Notes: a model not told the origin generated them from the letters alone. Shown: positions 39,988-51,199, counted from the first letter of the stretch. The stretch: 64,000 bases of DNA from Escherichia coli (GCF_045037415.1 NZ_CP173438.1); one strand, 5' to 3'. Numbers and translations: made by a program.

Positions 39988-42900
39988 ATGACAGTAAAAA
40001 TTTCTGGCGTGCTTAAAGATGGCACAGGAAAACCAGTACAGAACTGCACCATTGTGCTGAAGGCCAGACGAACCAGCAGCACGGTGGTGGTGAACACGGT
40101 GGCCTCTGAAAATCCGGATGAAGCCGGACGTTACAGCATGGATGTTGAGCATGGTCAGTACAGCGTCACCCTGCTGGTTGAAGGTTTTCCGCCTTCACAT
40201 GCCGGGACCATTACCGTCTATGAAGGTTCCAGACCAGGTACGCTGAATGATTTTCTCGGTGCCATGACGGAGGATGATGTCCGACCGGAGGCACTGCGCC
40301 GCTTTGAGCAGATGGTGGAAGAGGTGTCACGTAACGCCTCCGCGGTTGCACAGAATACGGCAGCCGCGAAAAAATCAGCCAGCGATGCCAGTGCATCAGC
40401 CAGCGAGGCGGCAACTCATGCAACCGATGCTGCAGCCTCAGCACGTGCCGCCAGCACGTCAGCCGGACAGGCCGCGTCGTCGGCTCAGTCAGCGTCTTCC
40501 AGCGCAGGAACGGCATCGACAAAGGCCCGTGAAGCAGCAAAAAGTGCTGCTGCTGCAGAGTCATCAAAAAGCGCGGCAGCTACCAGCGCCAGTGCCGCGA
40601 AAACGTCAGAAACGAATGCCGCAGCATCACAAAAATCGGCAGCCACTTCTGCATCCACAGCGACCACGAAGGCGTCAGAAGCTGCCACCTCGGCACGGGG
40701 TGCGGCGGCCTCAAAAGAGGCAGCGAAATCTTCAGAAACGAATGCATCATCAAGTGCCAGTAGTGCAGCTTCCTCGGCAACGGCGGCAGGAAATTCCGCG
40801 AAGGCGGCAAAAACGTCCGAGACGAACGCTAAGTCTTCTGAAACAGCAGCGGGACAGAGCGCCTCAGCTGCGGCAGGTTCAAAAACAGCGGCTGCATTAT
40901 CTGCCAGTGCCGCGTCAACAAGTGCCGGGCTGGCCTCAGCCAGTGCCACCGCCGCCGGAAAATCGGCAGAAAGCGCCGCATCATCCGCTTCAACAGCCAC
41001 AACGAAGGCTGGCAAAGCCACTGAGCAAGCCACTGCAGCAGCGAGGTCTGCTTCTGCAGCAAAAACCTCTGAAACAAATGCAAAGACTTCAGCAGACAAT
41101 GCTGCTTCCTCTAAGGCGGCAGCCGCATCGTCAGCCAGTTCAGCGGCGTCATCGGCATCATCTGCGTCTGCTTCAAAAGATGAGGCGACCAGACAAGCGT
41201 CAGCAGCGAAAGGTAGTGCCACGACAGCAACAACGAAAGCATCAGAGGCGGCAGGCAGTGCGACGGCTGCATCTCAGAGCAAAGTTGCTGCTGAATCCGC
41301 GGCAACGCGCGCTGAGATAGCGGCAAAACGGGCAGAGGATATTGCATCCGCCGTGGCGCTTGAGGATGCGAGCACGACGAAAAAGGGGATAGTACAGCTC
41401 AGTAGTGCGACTAACAGCACTTCCGAGTCACTGGCGGCAACACCAAAAGCCGTTAAGGCCGCGTATGACCTGGCTAGCGGGAAATACACCGCACAGGATG
41501 CAACGACAGCACAGAAAGGGATAATCCAGCTAAGCAGCGCGACCAACAGCACGTCTGAAACGCTGGCGGCAACGCCAAAGGCAGTAAAAGCAGCCAATGA
41601 CAATGCTGAGAAACGTCTGCAGAAAGATCAGAACGGTGCGGATATCCCTGGCAAAGACACCTTTACGAAAAATATTGGTGCCTGCCGTGCCTTCGGTGGG
41701 TCAGTAAGCACAACAACAGGAAACTGGACGACTGCACAGTTTATCGAGTGGCTGGATTCTCAGGGAGCATTTAACCATCCATACTGGATGTGCAAGGGTT
41801 CCTGGTCTTATGGCAATAATAAAATCATTACTGATACTGGCTGCGGTAATATTCATCTCGCCGGAGCTGTCATTGAAGTAATGGGGATAAAGTCAGCGAT
41901 GACGATCCGCATTACCACTCCGACCACATCCAGCGGTGGCGGAACAACCAACGCCCAGTTTACCTATATTAATCACGGAACAGATTATTCACCTGGCTGG
42001 CGAAGGGACTATAACTCCAGAAATAAGCCAACGGCATCAGAGATCGGGGCGCTACCGTCAGGTGGAACAGCAGTATCATCAGTTAATCTGGCTTCAAAAG
42101 GTCGGGTAGCCGCGCTGACAGACAATACGCAGGGGGCAGCAGGTCTTGAGTTATACGAGGTGTATAACAACGGATATCCAACAACGTATGGAAATATCAT
42201 TCACCTGAAAGGGATGACAGCCGTTGGCGAAGGTGAGTTACTCATCGGCTGGAGTGGTACAAGCGGTGCTCATGCTCCGGCATTTATTCGTTCACGACGG
42301 GATACGACCGACGCAAACTGGTCGCCGTGGGCGCAGCTTTACACCTCGGCTCATCCTCCTGCAGAGTTTTATCCAGTCGGTGCACCAATCCCGTGGCCAT
42401 CAGATACCGTTCCGTCTGGTTATGTCCTGATGCAGGGGCAGACTTTTGACAAATCTGCATACCCGAAACTTGCAGCCGCTTATCCGTCAGGCGTGATCCC
42501 TGATATGCGTGGCTGGACGATTAAGGGCAAACCTGCCAGTGGTCGGGCCGTATTGTCTCAGGAACAGGACGGCATTAAATCGCACACCCACAGCGCCAGC
42601 GCATCCAGTACGGATTTGGGGACGAAAACCACATCGTCGTTTGATTACGGCACTAAATCCACGAATAACATCGGGGCGCATACGCACAGTGTGAGCGGTA
42701 CAGCCGCAAGTGCCGGAAACCATACTCATAGTGTCACAGGCGCATCAGCAGTCAGCCAGTGGTCACAAAATGGGTCAGTACATAAGGTAGTGTCTGCGGC
42801 CAGTGTGAATACAAGTGCTGCAGGAGCGCACACTCATAGTGTCAGCGGCACAGCTGCATCTGCAGGTGCTCACGCACATACTGTCGGTATTGGTGCTCAT

Positions 42901-43014
42901 ACGCACTCGGTTGCGATTGGCTCACATGGACACACCATCACCGTTAACGCTGCTGGTAACGCGGAAAACACCGTCAAAAACATCGCATTTAACTATATTG
43001 TGAGGCTTGCATGA
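39988..43014 (+). CDS. stf: side tail fibre protein Stf (Ala/Ser-rich repeat shaft, His-box C-terminus)
   Basis: 1008 aa; N-terminus like lambda Stf; long low-complexity A/S/T-rich shaft; C-terminus with HTHS/HAHT repeats ending [18 protein letters not shown] as in lambda Stf. Confidence 0.85.
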   Translation: MTVKISGVLKDGTGKPVQNCTIVLKARRTSSTVVVNTVASENPDEAGRYSMDVEHGQYSVTLLVEGFPPSHAGTITVYEGSRPGTLNDFLGAMTEDDVRPEALRRFEQMVEEVSRNASAVAQNTAAAKKSASDASASASEAATHATDAAASARAASTSAGQAASSAQSASSSAGTASTKAREAAKSAAAAESSKSAAATSASAAKTSETNAAASQKSAATSASTATTKASEAATSARGAAASKEAAKSSETNASSSASSAASSATAAGNSAKAAKTSETNAKSSETAAGQSASAAAGSKTAAALSASAASTSAGLASASATAAGKSAESAASSASTATTKAGKATEQATAAARSASAAKTSETNAKTSADNAASSKAAAASSASSAASSASSASASKDEATRQASAAKGSATTATTKASEAAGSATAASQSKVAAESAATRAEIAAKRAEDIASAVALEDASTTKKGIVQLSSATNSTSESLAATPKAVKAAYDLASGKYTAQDATTAQKGIIQLSSATNSTSETLAATPKAVKAANDNAEKRLQKDQNGADIPGKDTFTKNIGACRAFGGSVSTTTGNWTTAQFIEWLDSQGAFNHPYWMCKGSWSYGNNKIITDTGCGNIHLAGAVIEVMGIKSAMTIRITTPTTSSGGGTTNAQFTYINHGTDYSPGWRRDYNSRNKPTASEIGALPSGGTAVSSVNLASKGRVAALTDNTQGAAGLELYEVYNNGYPTTYGNIIHLKGMTAVGEGELLIGWSGTSGAHAPAFIRSRRDTTDANWSPWAQLYTSAHPPAEFYPVGAPIPWPSDTVPSGYVLMQGQTFDKSAYPKLAAAYPSGVIPDMRGWTIKGKPASGRAVLSQEQDGIKSHTHSASASSTDLGTKTTSSFDYGTKSTNNIGAHTHSVSGTAASAGNHTHSVTGASAVSQWSQNGSVHKVVSAASVNTSAAGAHTHSVSGTAASAGAHAHTVGIGAHTHSVAIGSHGHTITVNAAGNAENTVKNIAFNYIVRLA

Positions 43015-43913
43015 TTACGCTCATTCTTTCTGCACCAGTAACCGAAATGGCTGAAGCATTTAAGCGGGTATTTGCAAATGCAGATAATGTGAATATTGTC
43101 GGAAAGCCATTTGAAACAATCAGAGAATTTGACTGCATGGTAAGTGCGGCAAATAGTTTCGGCCTGATGGATGGCGGTGTTGATGCCGCCATTACCACAT
43201 TCTTCGGTTCTCAGCTACAGGCCCGCGTTCAGAATCATATTCTTCGTGAATATCTCGGCGAGCAGCCTGTAGGTTCTGCATTTGTTATTGAAACGGGGCA
43301 TAATTATCACCCCTGGCTGGTACATGCGCCAACAATGCGTGTTCCGTTGACAATTGACGGAACAGACGCTGTATATAACGCAACTTGGGCAGCTCTACTT
43401 GCTATCTTTCAGCACAATAAAAACGCAACGACAGACAGGAAAATAAAGACGGTGGTATTCCCTGCAATGGGAGCCGGATGTGGTCAGGTGCCGTTTGAAA
43501 GCGTTGCCCGGCAGATGAAGCAGGCATGGGATAACTTTAATAAAAAAACAGAATCAATTAACTGGGAATACGCACAATCCCGCCAGTCGGCAGTATTTGG
43601 CACATATGCATACTGTCCGGGTAATTCTGTTTGCCGTTATGCGGATACTAAATATATTGGATGCGGCGATTATCGGACGTATTGCTCACGCTCCGGGCAG
43701 GTCTGTATTAACCCTGAACATCAGGCTGATGATGTACTGATACAACATCAGGCTAATAACCGGTTTCGCCCTGGTTCGCATATACACCGGATTAATCCAG
43801 AAAATCCTGTAGGTAATGTCATCTCTGGCGCACATAGCCACGGAAGTAGCATCGTTATTGGTGCTCACACCCATACGCTCAATAAACAATATTCTGTCTC
43901 TGATATTAAGTAG
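43011..43913 (+). CDS. macro-domain protein with tail-fibre-like His-box C-terminus
   Basis: ATGA overlap with stf; residues ~40-190 carry macro-domain blocks ([51 protein letters not shown]) by comparison with recalled E. coli YmdB; last ~45 aa ([18 protein letters not shown]) resemble fibre tips. Confidence 0.55.
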   Translation: MITLILSAPVTEMAEAFKRVFANADNVNIVGKPFETIREFDCMVSAANSFGLMDGGVDAAITTFFGSQLQARVQNHILREYLGEQPVGSAFVIETGHNYHPWLVHAPTMRVPLTIDGTDAVYNATWAALLAIFQHNKNATTDRKIKTVVFPAMGAGCGQVPFESVARQMKQAWDNFNKKTESINWEYAQSRQSAVFGTYAYCPGNSVCRYADTKYIGCGDYRTYCSRSGQVCINPEHQADDVLIQHQANNRFRPGSHIHRINPENPVGNVISGAHSHGSSIVIGAHTHTLNKQYSVSDIK

Positions 43914-43915
43914 AG

Positions 43916-44506
43916 GTGAACATGGATTTCAGAATGAGTGAACAACCACGGACCATAACAATTTATAATCTGCTGGCCGGAACTAATGAATTTATTGGTG
44001 AAGGTGACGCATACATTCCGCCTCATACAGGTCTGCCAGCAAACAGTACCGATATTGCACCGCCAGATATTCCGGCTGGTTTCGTGGCTGTTTTCAACAG
44101 TGATGAGTCATCGTGGCATCTCGTTGAAGATCATCGGGGTAAAACGGTTTATGACGTGGCTTCCGGCGACGCGTTATTTATTTCTGAACTCGGCTCATTA
44201 CCGGAAAATGTCACCTGGTTATCCCCGGAAGGGGAGTTTCAGAAGTGGAACGGCACAGCCTGGGTGAAGGATACGGAAGCAGAAAAACTGTTCCGGATCC
44301 GGGAGGCGGAAGAAACAAAAAACAGCCTGATGCAGGTAGCCAGTGAGCATATAGCGCCGCTTCAGGATGCTGTGGATCTGGAGATCGCAACGGAGAAAGA
44401 AACCTTGTTGCTGGAAGCCTGGAAAAAGTATCGGGTGTTGCTGAACCGTGTTGATACATCAACTGCACCTGATATTGAGTGGCCTGCGGTCCCTGTTATG
44501 GAGTAA
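43916..44506 (+). CDS. tfa: tail fibre assembly chaperone Tfa
   Basis: 196 aa; Tfa-like N-terminal [30 protein letters not shown] and conserved C-terminus. Confidence 0.85.
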   Translation: MNMDFRMSEQPRTITIYNLLAGTNEFIGEGDAYIPPHTGLPANSTDIAPPDIPAGFVAVFNSDESSWHLVEDHRGKTVYDVASGDALFISELGSLPENVTWLSPEGEFQKWNGTAWVKDTEAEKLFRIREAEETKNSLMQVASEHIAPLQDAVDLEIATEKETLLLEAWKKYRVLLNRVDTSTAPDIEWPAVPVME

Positions 44507-44618
44507 TCGTTTTGTGATATGCCGCAGCAACTTGTCATGGCAGGATACTGCGGCTGATTTGTGAATTTAAATAGTGTGTTTATTGCTTTATATATAAAGG
44601 ATTTAATGGATTACATAT

Positions 44619-45995
44619 CTATGATATCCCTGAAATGTCCTCTTCAAGCTCTTTTACTGATTTCGCAATTTTAAATTTAAATTTTCTCTCTATTTCACTA
44701 TTGCTAAGTTTTTTTTCATTCTCTTTCCCTATCCACATAGAAACAATTTCTCGTTTCTGAGATATATGTAGATTGTCAAAGTTAGGTATGTATTTAAAAG
44801 TCTCCGCTCTACCCCTGCGGAGTTCATAGAAAGTTTTAATCAAAGACTTTGGTTTTATTTCTGATGAAAGGCCGAATCGGCGGATAAGATTATTGATCGT
44901 ATGATTAACAGCTCGAAGTTGAGCTGTTGACGTTATTTGTGAGAAGTACGATACCCATCCCAATCGTTTACCTTCAAACACACATCCCGTAATTCTAAGA
45001 TTTAGTTTCCACTGACAATATGCAACAGCTCGTTCTTTATCGTGCTTATTTTTAGCTTGTAGTAGAGCGTGTCTATATGCAGTAAAAATTTTTGCTAAGG
45101 ATGACTCAAATCTAAGAATGCTCTCATGTTTTATCAATAATTCTCGATTTTTTATGTGGTAGCCCAAAAAGTTGAAACTTTCATCCAAGCTGCCTACTTT
45201 GGATTTTGAGTTCTCTTCATTTAATGGATGTGGGTTTAAATTTAATGATTGAAGCTTATCAATGATATGAGATGCAATTTTTGTTGCTTGATCTTTTTGC
45301 GTTAAAATAAGAATGTCATCAACGTATCGCATGTACCATATGTCATGCATTTTATTGATTTCATTGTCGAAATCAGATAGTGATATTTCAGCTAAAATGT
45401 TTGATATTGCTAACCCCTGAGGTACTCCTCTGGTATTATTAGGGACACCTTTGCTTCCTGTACTTCCACTTACAGTAGGCACGATTAATGATGATGTTAT
45501 TAACTGCCTAATTTCTTTTTTTCTAATCTTATTTTTTATTGCATTAAATATCAATTTATGTTCAATTGAAGGATAGAAACTTTTGAGATCTATTTTTGCA
45601 TATTCAGCATATAGATCGCTGTTTAATGCATTTTTCAATAAGTCAATTACTGTATGTGGTAGTTTTAATCTGGAGTTAGGATATATTTCTGTAAGGCATT
45701 CACAGAGAGCCCTAAGGGTAATTCTGTCCCTGGCAGTTGGTATGGAAATCTGTCTGGGGATAGAGTTAGCCCCTTTAGATATTAATTTTTCTTTATATGC
45801 TGTAAATTTATAATTTCCACAATTAACCTTTTCAAAAATAAAAGTGATCTCATTCTTTATTGTTAAATCAAGTTTTGATGGACGAATCCGATCTATGCCA
45901 ATCGCTCCTGATTCTTTGATTTTTTCATTGTATACTTTTAGAAGGTTTTTTTTCGAGAATGACTTTTTAAAAACTCTGCTTGCATTCATAGTCAA
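44619..45995 (-). CDS. reverse transcriptase (defence-associated / retron-like type), with C-terminal extension
   Basis: 458 aa; RT blocks RQISIPTARDRITLRAL, YAKIDLKSFYPSIEH, GVPQGLAISNILAEISL, catalytic YVDD (YMRYVDDILILT); AT-rich codon usage. Confidence 0.8.
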   Translation of the reverse strand: MTMNASRVFKKSFSKKNLLKVYNEKIKESGAIGIDRIRPSKLDLTIKNEITFIFEKVNCGNYKFTAYKEKLISKGANSIPRQISIPTARDRITLRALCECLTEIYPNSRLKLPHTVIDLLKNALNSDLYAEYAKIDLKSFYPSIEHKLIFNAIKNKIRKKEIRQLITSSLIVPTVSGSTGSKGVPNNTRGVPQGLAISNILAEISLSDFDNEINKMHDIWYMRYVDDILILTQKDQATKIASHIIDKLQSLNLNPHPLNEENSKSKVGSLDESFNFLGYHIKNRELLIKHESILRFESSLAKIFTAYRHALLQAKNKHDKERAVAYCQWKLNLRITGCVFEGKRLGWVSYFSQITSTAQLRAVNHTINNLIRRFGLSSEIKPKSLIKTFYELRRGRAETFKYIPNFDNLHISQKREIVSMWIGKENEKKLSNSEIERKFKFKIAKSVKELEEDISGIS

Positions 45996-46518
45996 TCCAA
46001 AGACATATTAATGGGAGGATATAAAGGCCGACAGTAATAAACATTCGACGTAATATCCATAATTTAACAATTATTTTTTCTTTTTGTGTGGGGAGTCTAG
46101 TCGTAAGTCCAACTTGAGTTACCCTTGAAACTTTATCATCTATGTCACGATGATTCTCAACCTCATTGAGCAAATTAAAATATTTTTCTTTCTGTTCAAG
46201 AGTTAACTGTTGGCCGTTATTAATATCAAAATAGAGTCTCTGTAGTGCAATATAATTCCTTCTCATGGCTATTGCTCGACCACGATAATCTAGGTTAGAT
46301 ACGATCAGAGAAATACCCAGTAGAGCCACTGAAAGTATTGCCGCAACGATATCTGTATTATCTCCTAGAAATTTTGGAAATCGTAACGTTATAATTGAAA
46401 GTACCGCACTCAATATAGCATACCAAACGAGGATAAATTGAGAGTGTTTTTCAAGCCATTCTAGTCTATGGTGCGCTTGAATACGGGCTTTATATGTAAA
46501 CCAAATATTTTCATGCAT
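45967..46518 (-). CDS. small membrane protein (two adjacent TM helices, SLATT-like), putative effector
   Basis: 183 aa from MHENIW (AAGGA RBS 6 nt upstream); helices FILVWYAILSAVLSIITLRF and IVAAILSVALLGISLIVSNL; overlaps RT start by 29 nt. Confidence 0.55.
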   Translation of the reverse strand: MHENIWFTYKARIQAHHRLEWLEKHSQFILVWYAILSAVLSIITLRFPKFLGDNTDIVAAILSVALLGISLIVSNLDYRGRAIAMRRNYIALQRLYFDINNGQQLTLEQKEKYFNLLNEVENHRDIDDKVSRVTQVGLTTRLPTQKEKIIVKLWILRRMFITVGLYILPLICLWIDYECKQSF

Positions 46519-46538
46519 AAAATATCCTTTTAAAAAGC

Positions 46539-46673
46539 GGAAGGGGCAGGATATATTGGAACCGTTGAACATCCTGCTCGGCAGGATCAGTGAGCATAAG
46601 CTCAACAGTAAAATATTACTGTTCATTATCAGAGCCGCCCTTGCATACGCAAGAGGAAAAAACTGCCCCATCC
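46539..46673 (-). ncRNA. candidate structured non-coding RNA upstream of the membrane-protein/RT operon
   Basis: Imperfect 12-nt inverted repeat GGAAGGGGCAGG (46539-46550) / ACTGCCCCATCC (46662-46673) enclosing four perfect hairpins (46571-46587, 46592-46603, 46606-46621, 46640-46653); strand assigned by operon context only. Confidence 0.35.
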
Positions 46674-46762
46674 TTTTGAATTATTACAATTTAATGATCT
46701 TAAAGTCAATACAAGTGAATTGTGTCCAGAGATGATGAACTAAATCACTCGTCAGCAAATTC

Positions 46763-46982
46763 CTAGGTATCTTTCAGAGTGTCCTGAACAAAAATTTTAA
46801 CTGAATCTTTATCGGCGGTGCGTGTAACAGAAAGGTCATCATTGCTGGTGGCTTTTACGATCACCTCTACATCTTCATAACGCTTACCGGTGCGTCGGGT
46901 TAATTCTTCCTTCTAACGCATCCACAGCGCTGTTTGGCAGTTTAGTCATTTTCTCTTTGGCTATGCAGATCTCAATACGCAT
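46763..46982 (-). pseudogene. dinI-like (DinI/MsgA family) gene with +1 frameshift
   Basis: [25 protein letters not shown] then frame change to [27 protein letters not shown]; extra A in GGAAGAATT relative to an in-frame reading. Confidence 0.65.
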
Positions 46983-46996
46983 AAAAGTCCCTCTAC

Positions 46997-47041
46997 ACTG
47001 TGTTTGTATACAGTATCATTTTTAACTGTATGGATAAACAG
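46997..47041. promoter_or_regulatory. two LexA (SOS) boxes upstream of dinI-like gene
   Basis: CTGTGTTTGTATACAG (46997-47012) and CTGTATGGATAAACAG (47026-47041), both CTGT-N8-ACAG. Confidence 0.6.
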
Positions 47042-47236
47042 TGTCAAGGGTGAAGGAAAGTGATTTTTTGGGGCATGCATGGGGCAAAAATATTTGTTGT
47101 GGGGCATTTTGGGGCATGATTGGAACACTTTGTTACATATGAACTTTGCCGATTTTTATATGACATGGAAATACAACGCTTTGATTCTTCTAAATAAAAA
47201 ACATGCTCTTGGGCGTTCTTTAGTGATTTTTAAAAA

Positions 47237-47340
47237 TTCCGTATCACGCAGTTAAAGTGGCGGGCATACTCTTCAAGGCTGGTGATCCCCAACCGCACCC
47301 ATTTAGGATGCGACCATTGTGGCAAACCGATGTAAATCAT
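47237..47340 (-). pseudogene. yecE: yecE 5' fragment truncated by prophage insertion (att junction ~47240)
   Basis: Minus-strand translation [32 protein letters not shown] matches E. coli YecE N-terminus, then diverges to an immediate stop. Confidence 0.75.
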
Positions 47341-47903
47341 AACGCGTGGAGGATCTCTTCAACGCTACGCACACGGGCGATGCGCGGGTAGATATGATTA
47401 ATGCTGTTATTGTGCTGCTCGGCGCTAGCGGCGCTACAGGCATCTTCGGCAATCACCAGATTAAAACCGAGTTCCCAGGCATTGCGGGCGGTGGATTCAA
47501 CACCGATATTGGTCGAGATCCCACATAACACTATTGTATCGATACCCCGGCGGCGCAACTGCAATTCCAGATCCGTACCGTAAAACGCACCCCATTGACG
47601 TTTGATGATTTCGATATCGCTGTCGGTTGCACCTAATGCTACAGGATGTTGCCACCAATTTTCGGGCAACACTTTAGCGGGGGAAGGGGCATCAACCGGC
47701 TGTTTTAATGCTTCAGCATAATCGGCAGACCAGCCAACACGCACCAGAAACACGGGCTGACCGCTCGCGCGAAATTTCGCCGCCAGCTTCCCGGCGCGAT
47801 TAACCACCTCATCGGCAGTATGTGGACCACCGGCAAAAGGCAAGATGCCTTCTTGTAAATCAATCACCACCAGCGCGGTGGTTTTAGCATTAAGTTCAAG
47901 CAT
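47337..47903 (-). CDS. yecD: isochorismatase-family hydrolase YecD
   Basis: 188-aa ORF recognised as E. coli YecD; stop overlaps yecE start (ATGA). Confidence 0.9.
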   Translation of the reverse strand: MLELNAKTTALVVIDLQEGILPFAGGPHTADEVVNRAGKLAAKFRASGQPVFLVRVGWSADYAEALKQPVDAPSPAKVLPENWWQHPVALGATDSDIEIIKRQWGAFYGTDLELQLRRRGIDTIVLCGISTNIGVESTARNAWELGFNLVIAEDACSAASAEQHNNSINHIYPRIARVRSVEEILHAL

Positions 47904-48212
47904 GATGACTCCTGATAAAACAAAATCGTGCCTCTCACCTTAATACGATGAGCCGATGGCGGAACGACAAATTTTGTTAATTTTTATGAGTTCGGGCAAC
48001 ACCTTTATAGCAAACTGGCGTAGAGTCTGATTTCAGGCCCGATATAAAGTGGTAACGAGGCGTTCCAGCGCGGGCCAGGCTCTTACGGTGCGGCAGAATT
48101 TCCAGTATAATAGCCGCCTTTTTTCATTCAGTTGTGACATACAGCTAACGCTGCGACTTGGTCACCTGCGCAGCAGGGGGCATCCGCCGGCAGCTAAGTT
48201 AAGGGATATCTC

Positions 48213-49985
48213 ATGCGTACAGAATATTGTGGACAGCTCCGTTTGTCCCACGTGGGGCAGCAGGTGACTCTGTGTGGTTGGGTCAACCGTCGTCGTGATC
48301 TTGGTAGCCTGATCTTCATCGATATGCGCGACCGCGAAGGTATCGTGCAGGTATTTTTCGATCCGGATCGTGCGGACGCGTTAAAGCTGGCCTCTGAACT
48401 GCGTAATGAGTTCTGCATTCAGGTCACGGGCACCGTACGTGCGCGTGACGAAAAAAATATTAACCGCGATATGGCGACTGGCGAAATCGAAGTACTGGCG
48501 TCCTCGCTGACTATCATCAACCGTGCAGATGTTCTGCCGCTTGACTCTAACCACGTCAACACCGAAGAAGCGCGTCTGAAATACCGCTACCTCGACCTGC
48601 GTCGCCCGGAAATGGCTCAGCGCCTGAAAACCCGCGCTAAAATCACCAGCCTGGTGCGCCGTTTTATGGATGACCACGGCTTCCTCGACATCGAAACTCC
48701 GATGCTGACCAAAGCCACGCCGGAAGGCGCGCGTGACTACCTGGTGCCTTCTCGTGTGCACAAAGGTAAATTCTACGCACTGCCGCAATCCCCACAGTTG
48801 TTCAAACAGCTGCTGATGATGTCCGGCTTTGACCGCTACTATCAGATCGTTAAATGCTTCCGTGACGAAGACCTGCGTGCTGACCGTCAGCCTGAATTTA
48901 CTCAGATCGATGTGGAAACTTCTTTCATGACCGCGCCGCAAGTGCGTGAAGTGATGGAAGCGCTGGTGCGTCATCTGTGGCTGGAAGTGAAGGGCGTGGA
49001 TCTGGGCGATTTCCCGGTAATGACCTTTGCAGAAGCAGAACGCCGTTATGGTTCTGATAAACCAGATCTACGTAACCCGATGGAACTGACCGACGTTGCC
49101 GATCTGCTGAAATCTGTTGAGTTTGCAGTATTTGCAGGTCCGGCGAACGATCCGAAAGGCCGTGTTGCCGCTCTGCGTGTTCCGGGCGGCGCATCGTTGA
49201 CCCGTAAGCAGATCGACGAATACGGTAACTTCGTTAAAATCTACGGCGCGAAAGGTCTGGCTTACATCAAAGTTAACGAACGCGCGAAAGGTCTGGAAGG
49301 TATCAACAGCCCGGTAGCGAAGTTCCTTAATGCAGAAATCATCGAAGCCATCCTGGAGCGTACTGGCGCGCAAGATGGCGATATGATTTTCTTCGGTGCC
49401 GACAACAAGAAAATTGTTGCCGACGCGATGGGCTCACTGCGCCTGAAAGTGGGTAAAGACCTTGGTCTGACCGACGAAAGCAAATGGGCACCGCTGTGGG
49501 TTATCGACTTCCCGATGTTTGAAGACGACGGTGAAGGCGGCCTGACAGCAATGCACCATCCGTTCACCTCACCGAAAGACATGACGGCAGCAGAACTGAA
49601 AGCTGCACCGGAAAATGCGGTGGCTAACGCTTACGATATGGTCATCAATGGTTACGAAGTGGGCGGTGGTTCTGTGCGTATCCATAATGGTGATATGCAG
49701 CAGACGGTGTTTGGTATTCTGGGTATCAACGAAGAGGAACAGCGCGAGAAATTCGGCTTCCTGCTCGACGCCCTGAAATACGGTACTCCGCCGCACGCAG
49801 GTCTGGCATTCGGTCTTGACCGTCTGACCATGCTGCTGACCGGCACCGACAATATCCGTGACGTTATCGCCTTCCCGAAAACCACGGCGGCGGCGTGTCT
49901 GATGACTGAAGCACCGAGCTTTGCTAACCCGACTGCACTGGCTGAGCTGAGCATTCAGGTTGTGAAGAAGGCTGAGAATAACTGA
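48213..49985 (+). CDS. aspS: aspartate--tRNA ligase
   Basis: 590 aa, E. coli AspS sequence ([24 protein letters not shown]...). Confidence 0.95.
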   Translation: MRTEYCGQLRLSHVGQQVTLCGWVNRRRDLGSLIFIDMRDREGIVQVFFDPDRADALKLASELRNEFCIQVTGTVRARDEKNINRDMATGEIEVLASSLTIINRADVLPLDSNHVNTEEARLKYRYLDLRRPEMAQRLKTRAKITSLVRRFMDDHGFLDIETPMLTKATPEGARDYLVPSRVHKGKFYALPQSPQLFKQLLMMSGFDRYYQIVKCFRDEDLRADRQPEFTQIDVETSFMTAPQVREVMEALVRHLWLEVKGVDLGDFPVMTFAEAERRYGSDKPDLRNPMELTDVADLLKSVEFAVFAGPANDPKGRVAALRVPGGASLTRKQIDEYGNFVKIYGAKGLAYIKVNERAKGLEGINSPVAKFLNAEIIEAILERTGAQDGDMIFFGADNKKIVADAMGSLRLKVGKDLGLTDESKWAPLWVIDFPMFEDDGEGGLTAMHHPFTSPKDMTAAELKAAPENAVANAYDMVINGYEVGGGSVRIHNGDMQQTVFGILGINEEEQREKFGFLLDALKYGTPPHAGLAFGLDRLTMLLTGTDNIRDVIAFPKTTAAACLMTEAPSFANPTALAELSIQVVKKAENN

Positions 49986-49986
49986 T

Positions 49987-50430
49987 ATGGCTTATAAGCG
50001 TCCCGTTTCGATCTTAGTGGTCATCTACGCACAAGATACGAAACGGGTGCTGATGTTGCAGCGGCGTGACGATCCCGATTTCTGGCAGTCGGTAACCGGC
50101 AGCGTGGAAGAGGGTGAAACCGCGCCGCAAGCTGCCATGCGCGAAGTAAAGGAAGAGGTCACCATTGATGTTGTCGCTGAACAACTGACCTTAATTGACT
50201 GTCAGCGCACGGTAGAGTTTGAAATTTTTTCACATTTACGTCATCGCTATGCGCCGGGCGTGACGCGTAATACGGAATCATGGTTCTGTCTTGCGCTCCC
50301 GCACGAGCGCCAGATCGTTTTCACTGAACATCTGGCTTACAAGTGGCTTGATGCGCCTGCTGCGGCGGCGCTCACTAAGTCCTGGAGCAACCGGCAGGCG
50401 ATTGAACAGTTTGTAATTAACGCTGCCTGA
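49987..50430 (+). CDS. nudB: dihydroneopterin triphosphate diphosphatase (Nudix)
   Basis: Nudix box [21 protein letters not shown]; E. coli NudB sequence. Confidence 0.9.
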
Positions 50431-50458
50431 ACAGGCAGGGCTATCTGGAGATATTTTT

Positions 50459-51199
50459 ATGGCAGGTCATAGTAAATGGGCCAACACCAGACATCGTAAA
50501 GCTGCGCAGGATGCTAAGCGCGGTAAAATCTTCACTAAAATCATTCGTGAGCTGGTAACCGCGGCTAAGCTGGGCGGTGGTGATCCGGACGCTAATCCGC
50601 GTCTGCGTGCAGCAATTGATAAAGCACTGTCTAACAACATGACCCGTGACACTCTGAACCGCGCAATTGCACGAGGTGTGGGCGGTGATGATGATGCAAA
50701 CATGGAAACCATCATCTACGAAGGTTACGGTCCTGGCGGCACGGCAATCATGATTGAATGTCTGTCTGACAACCGCAACCGTACCGTTGCTGAAGTGCGT
50801 CATGCATTCAGCAAATGTGGCGGTAACCTCGGTACTGATGGTTCCGTAGCTTATCTGTTCAGCAAAAAAGGCGTGATCTCCTTCGAGAAAGGCGATGAAG
50901 ACACCATCATGGAAGCAGCCCTGGAAGCCGGTGCTGAAGACGTTGTGACCTATGATGACGGCGCGATTGATGTCTACACTGCATGGGAAGAAATGGGCAA
51001 AGTACGCGACGCTCTGGAAGCGGCAGGTCTGAAAGCAGACAGCGCGGAAGTTTCCATGATCCCGTCCACCAAAGCTGATATGGATGCAGAAACCGCACCG
51101 AAACTGATGCGTCTGATCGATATGCTGGAAGATTGCGACGACGTGCAGGAAGTTTACCATAACGGTGAAATCTCTGATGAGGTTGCAGCGACTCTCTGA
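50459..51199 (+). CDS. yebC: YebC/PmpR-family transcriptional regulator
   Basis: [27 protein letters not shown]... E. coli YebC. Confidence 0.9.

Larger units (their letters stand above)
1..47240. mobile_element. Lambda-like cos-type prophage (partial; left/integrase end outside window), inserted in yecE
   Basis: Contiguous lambda-like gene order cI, replication, Q, S-R-Rz, cosN, Nu1-A-W-B-C-D-E-FI-FII-Z-U-V-G-T-H-M-L-K-I-J, lom, stf, tfa; host yecE reading frame breaks at ~47240. Confidence 0.85.

Noticed and set aside
40274-41320. 348-aa plus-strand ORF (Arg/Gln/Pro-rich) and overlapping minus-strand ORFs (40485..41222, 40211..40567, 41274..41603) inside stf
   Set aside because: They lie in alternative frames of the Ala/Ser-rich repeat region of the tail fibre gene; low-complexity artefacts, not genes.
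45967-46671. Longer 234-aa version of the membrane-protein ORF starting at MGQFF (46671)
   Set aside because: That start has no usable RBS spacing, whereas the internal ATG at 46518 has AAGGA 6 nt upstream; the extra 5' region is better explained as a hairpin-rich RNA leader.
48381-51199. Minus-strand ORFs antisense to aspS and yebC (e.g. 48381..48974, 50441..51160)
   Set aside because: Opposite strand of highly conserved host genes.
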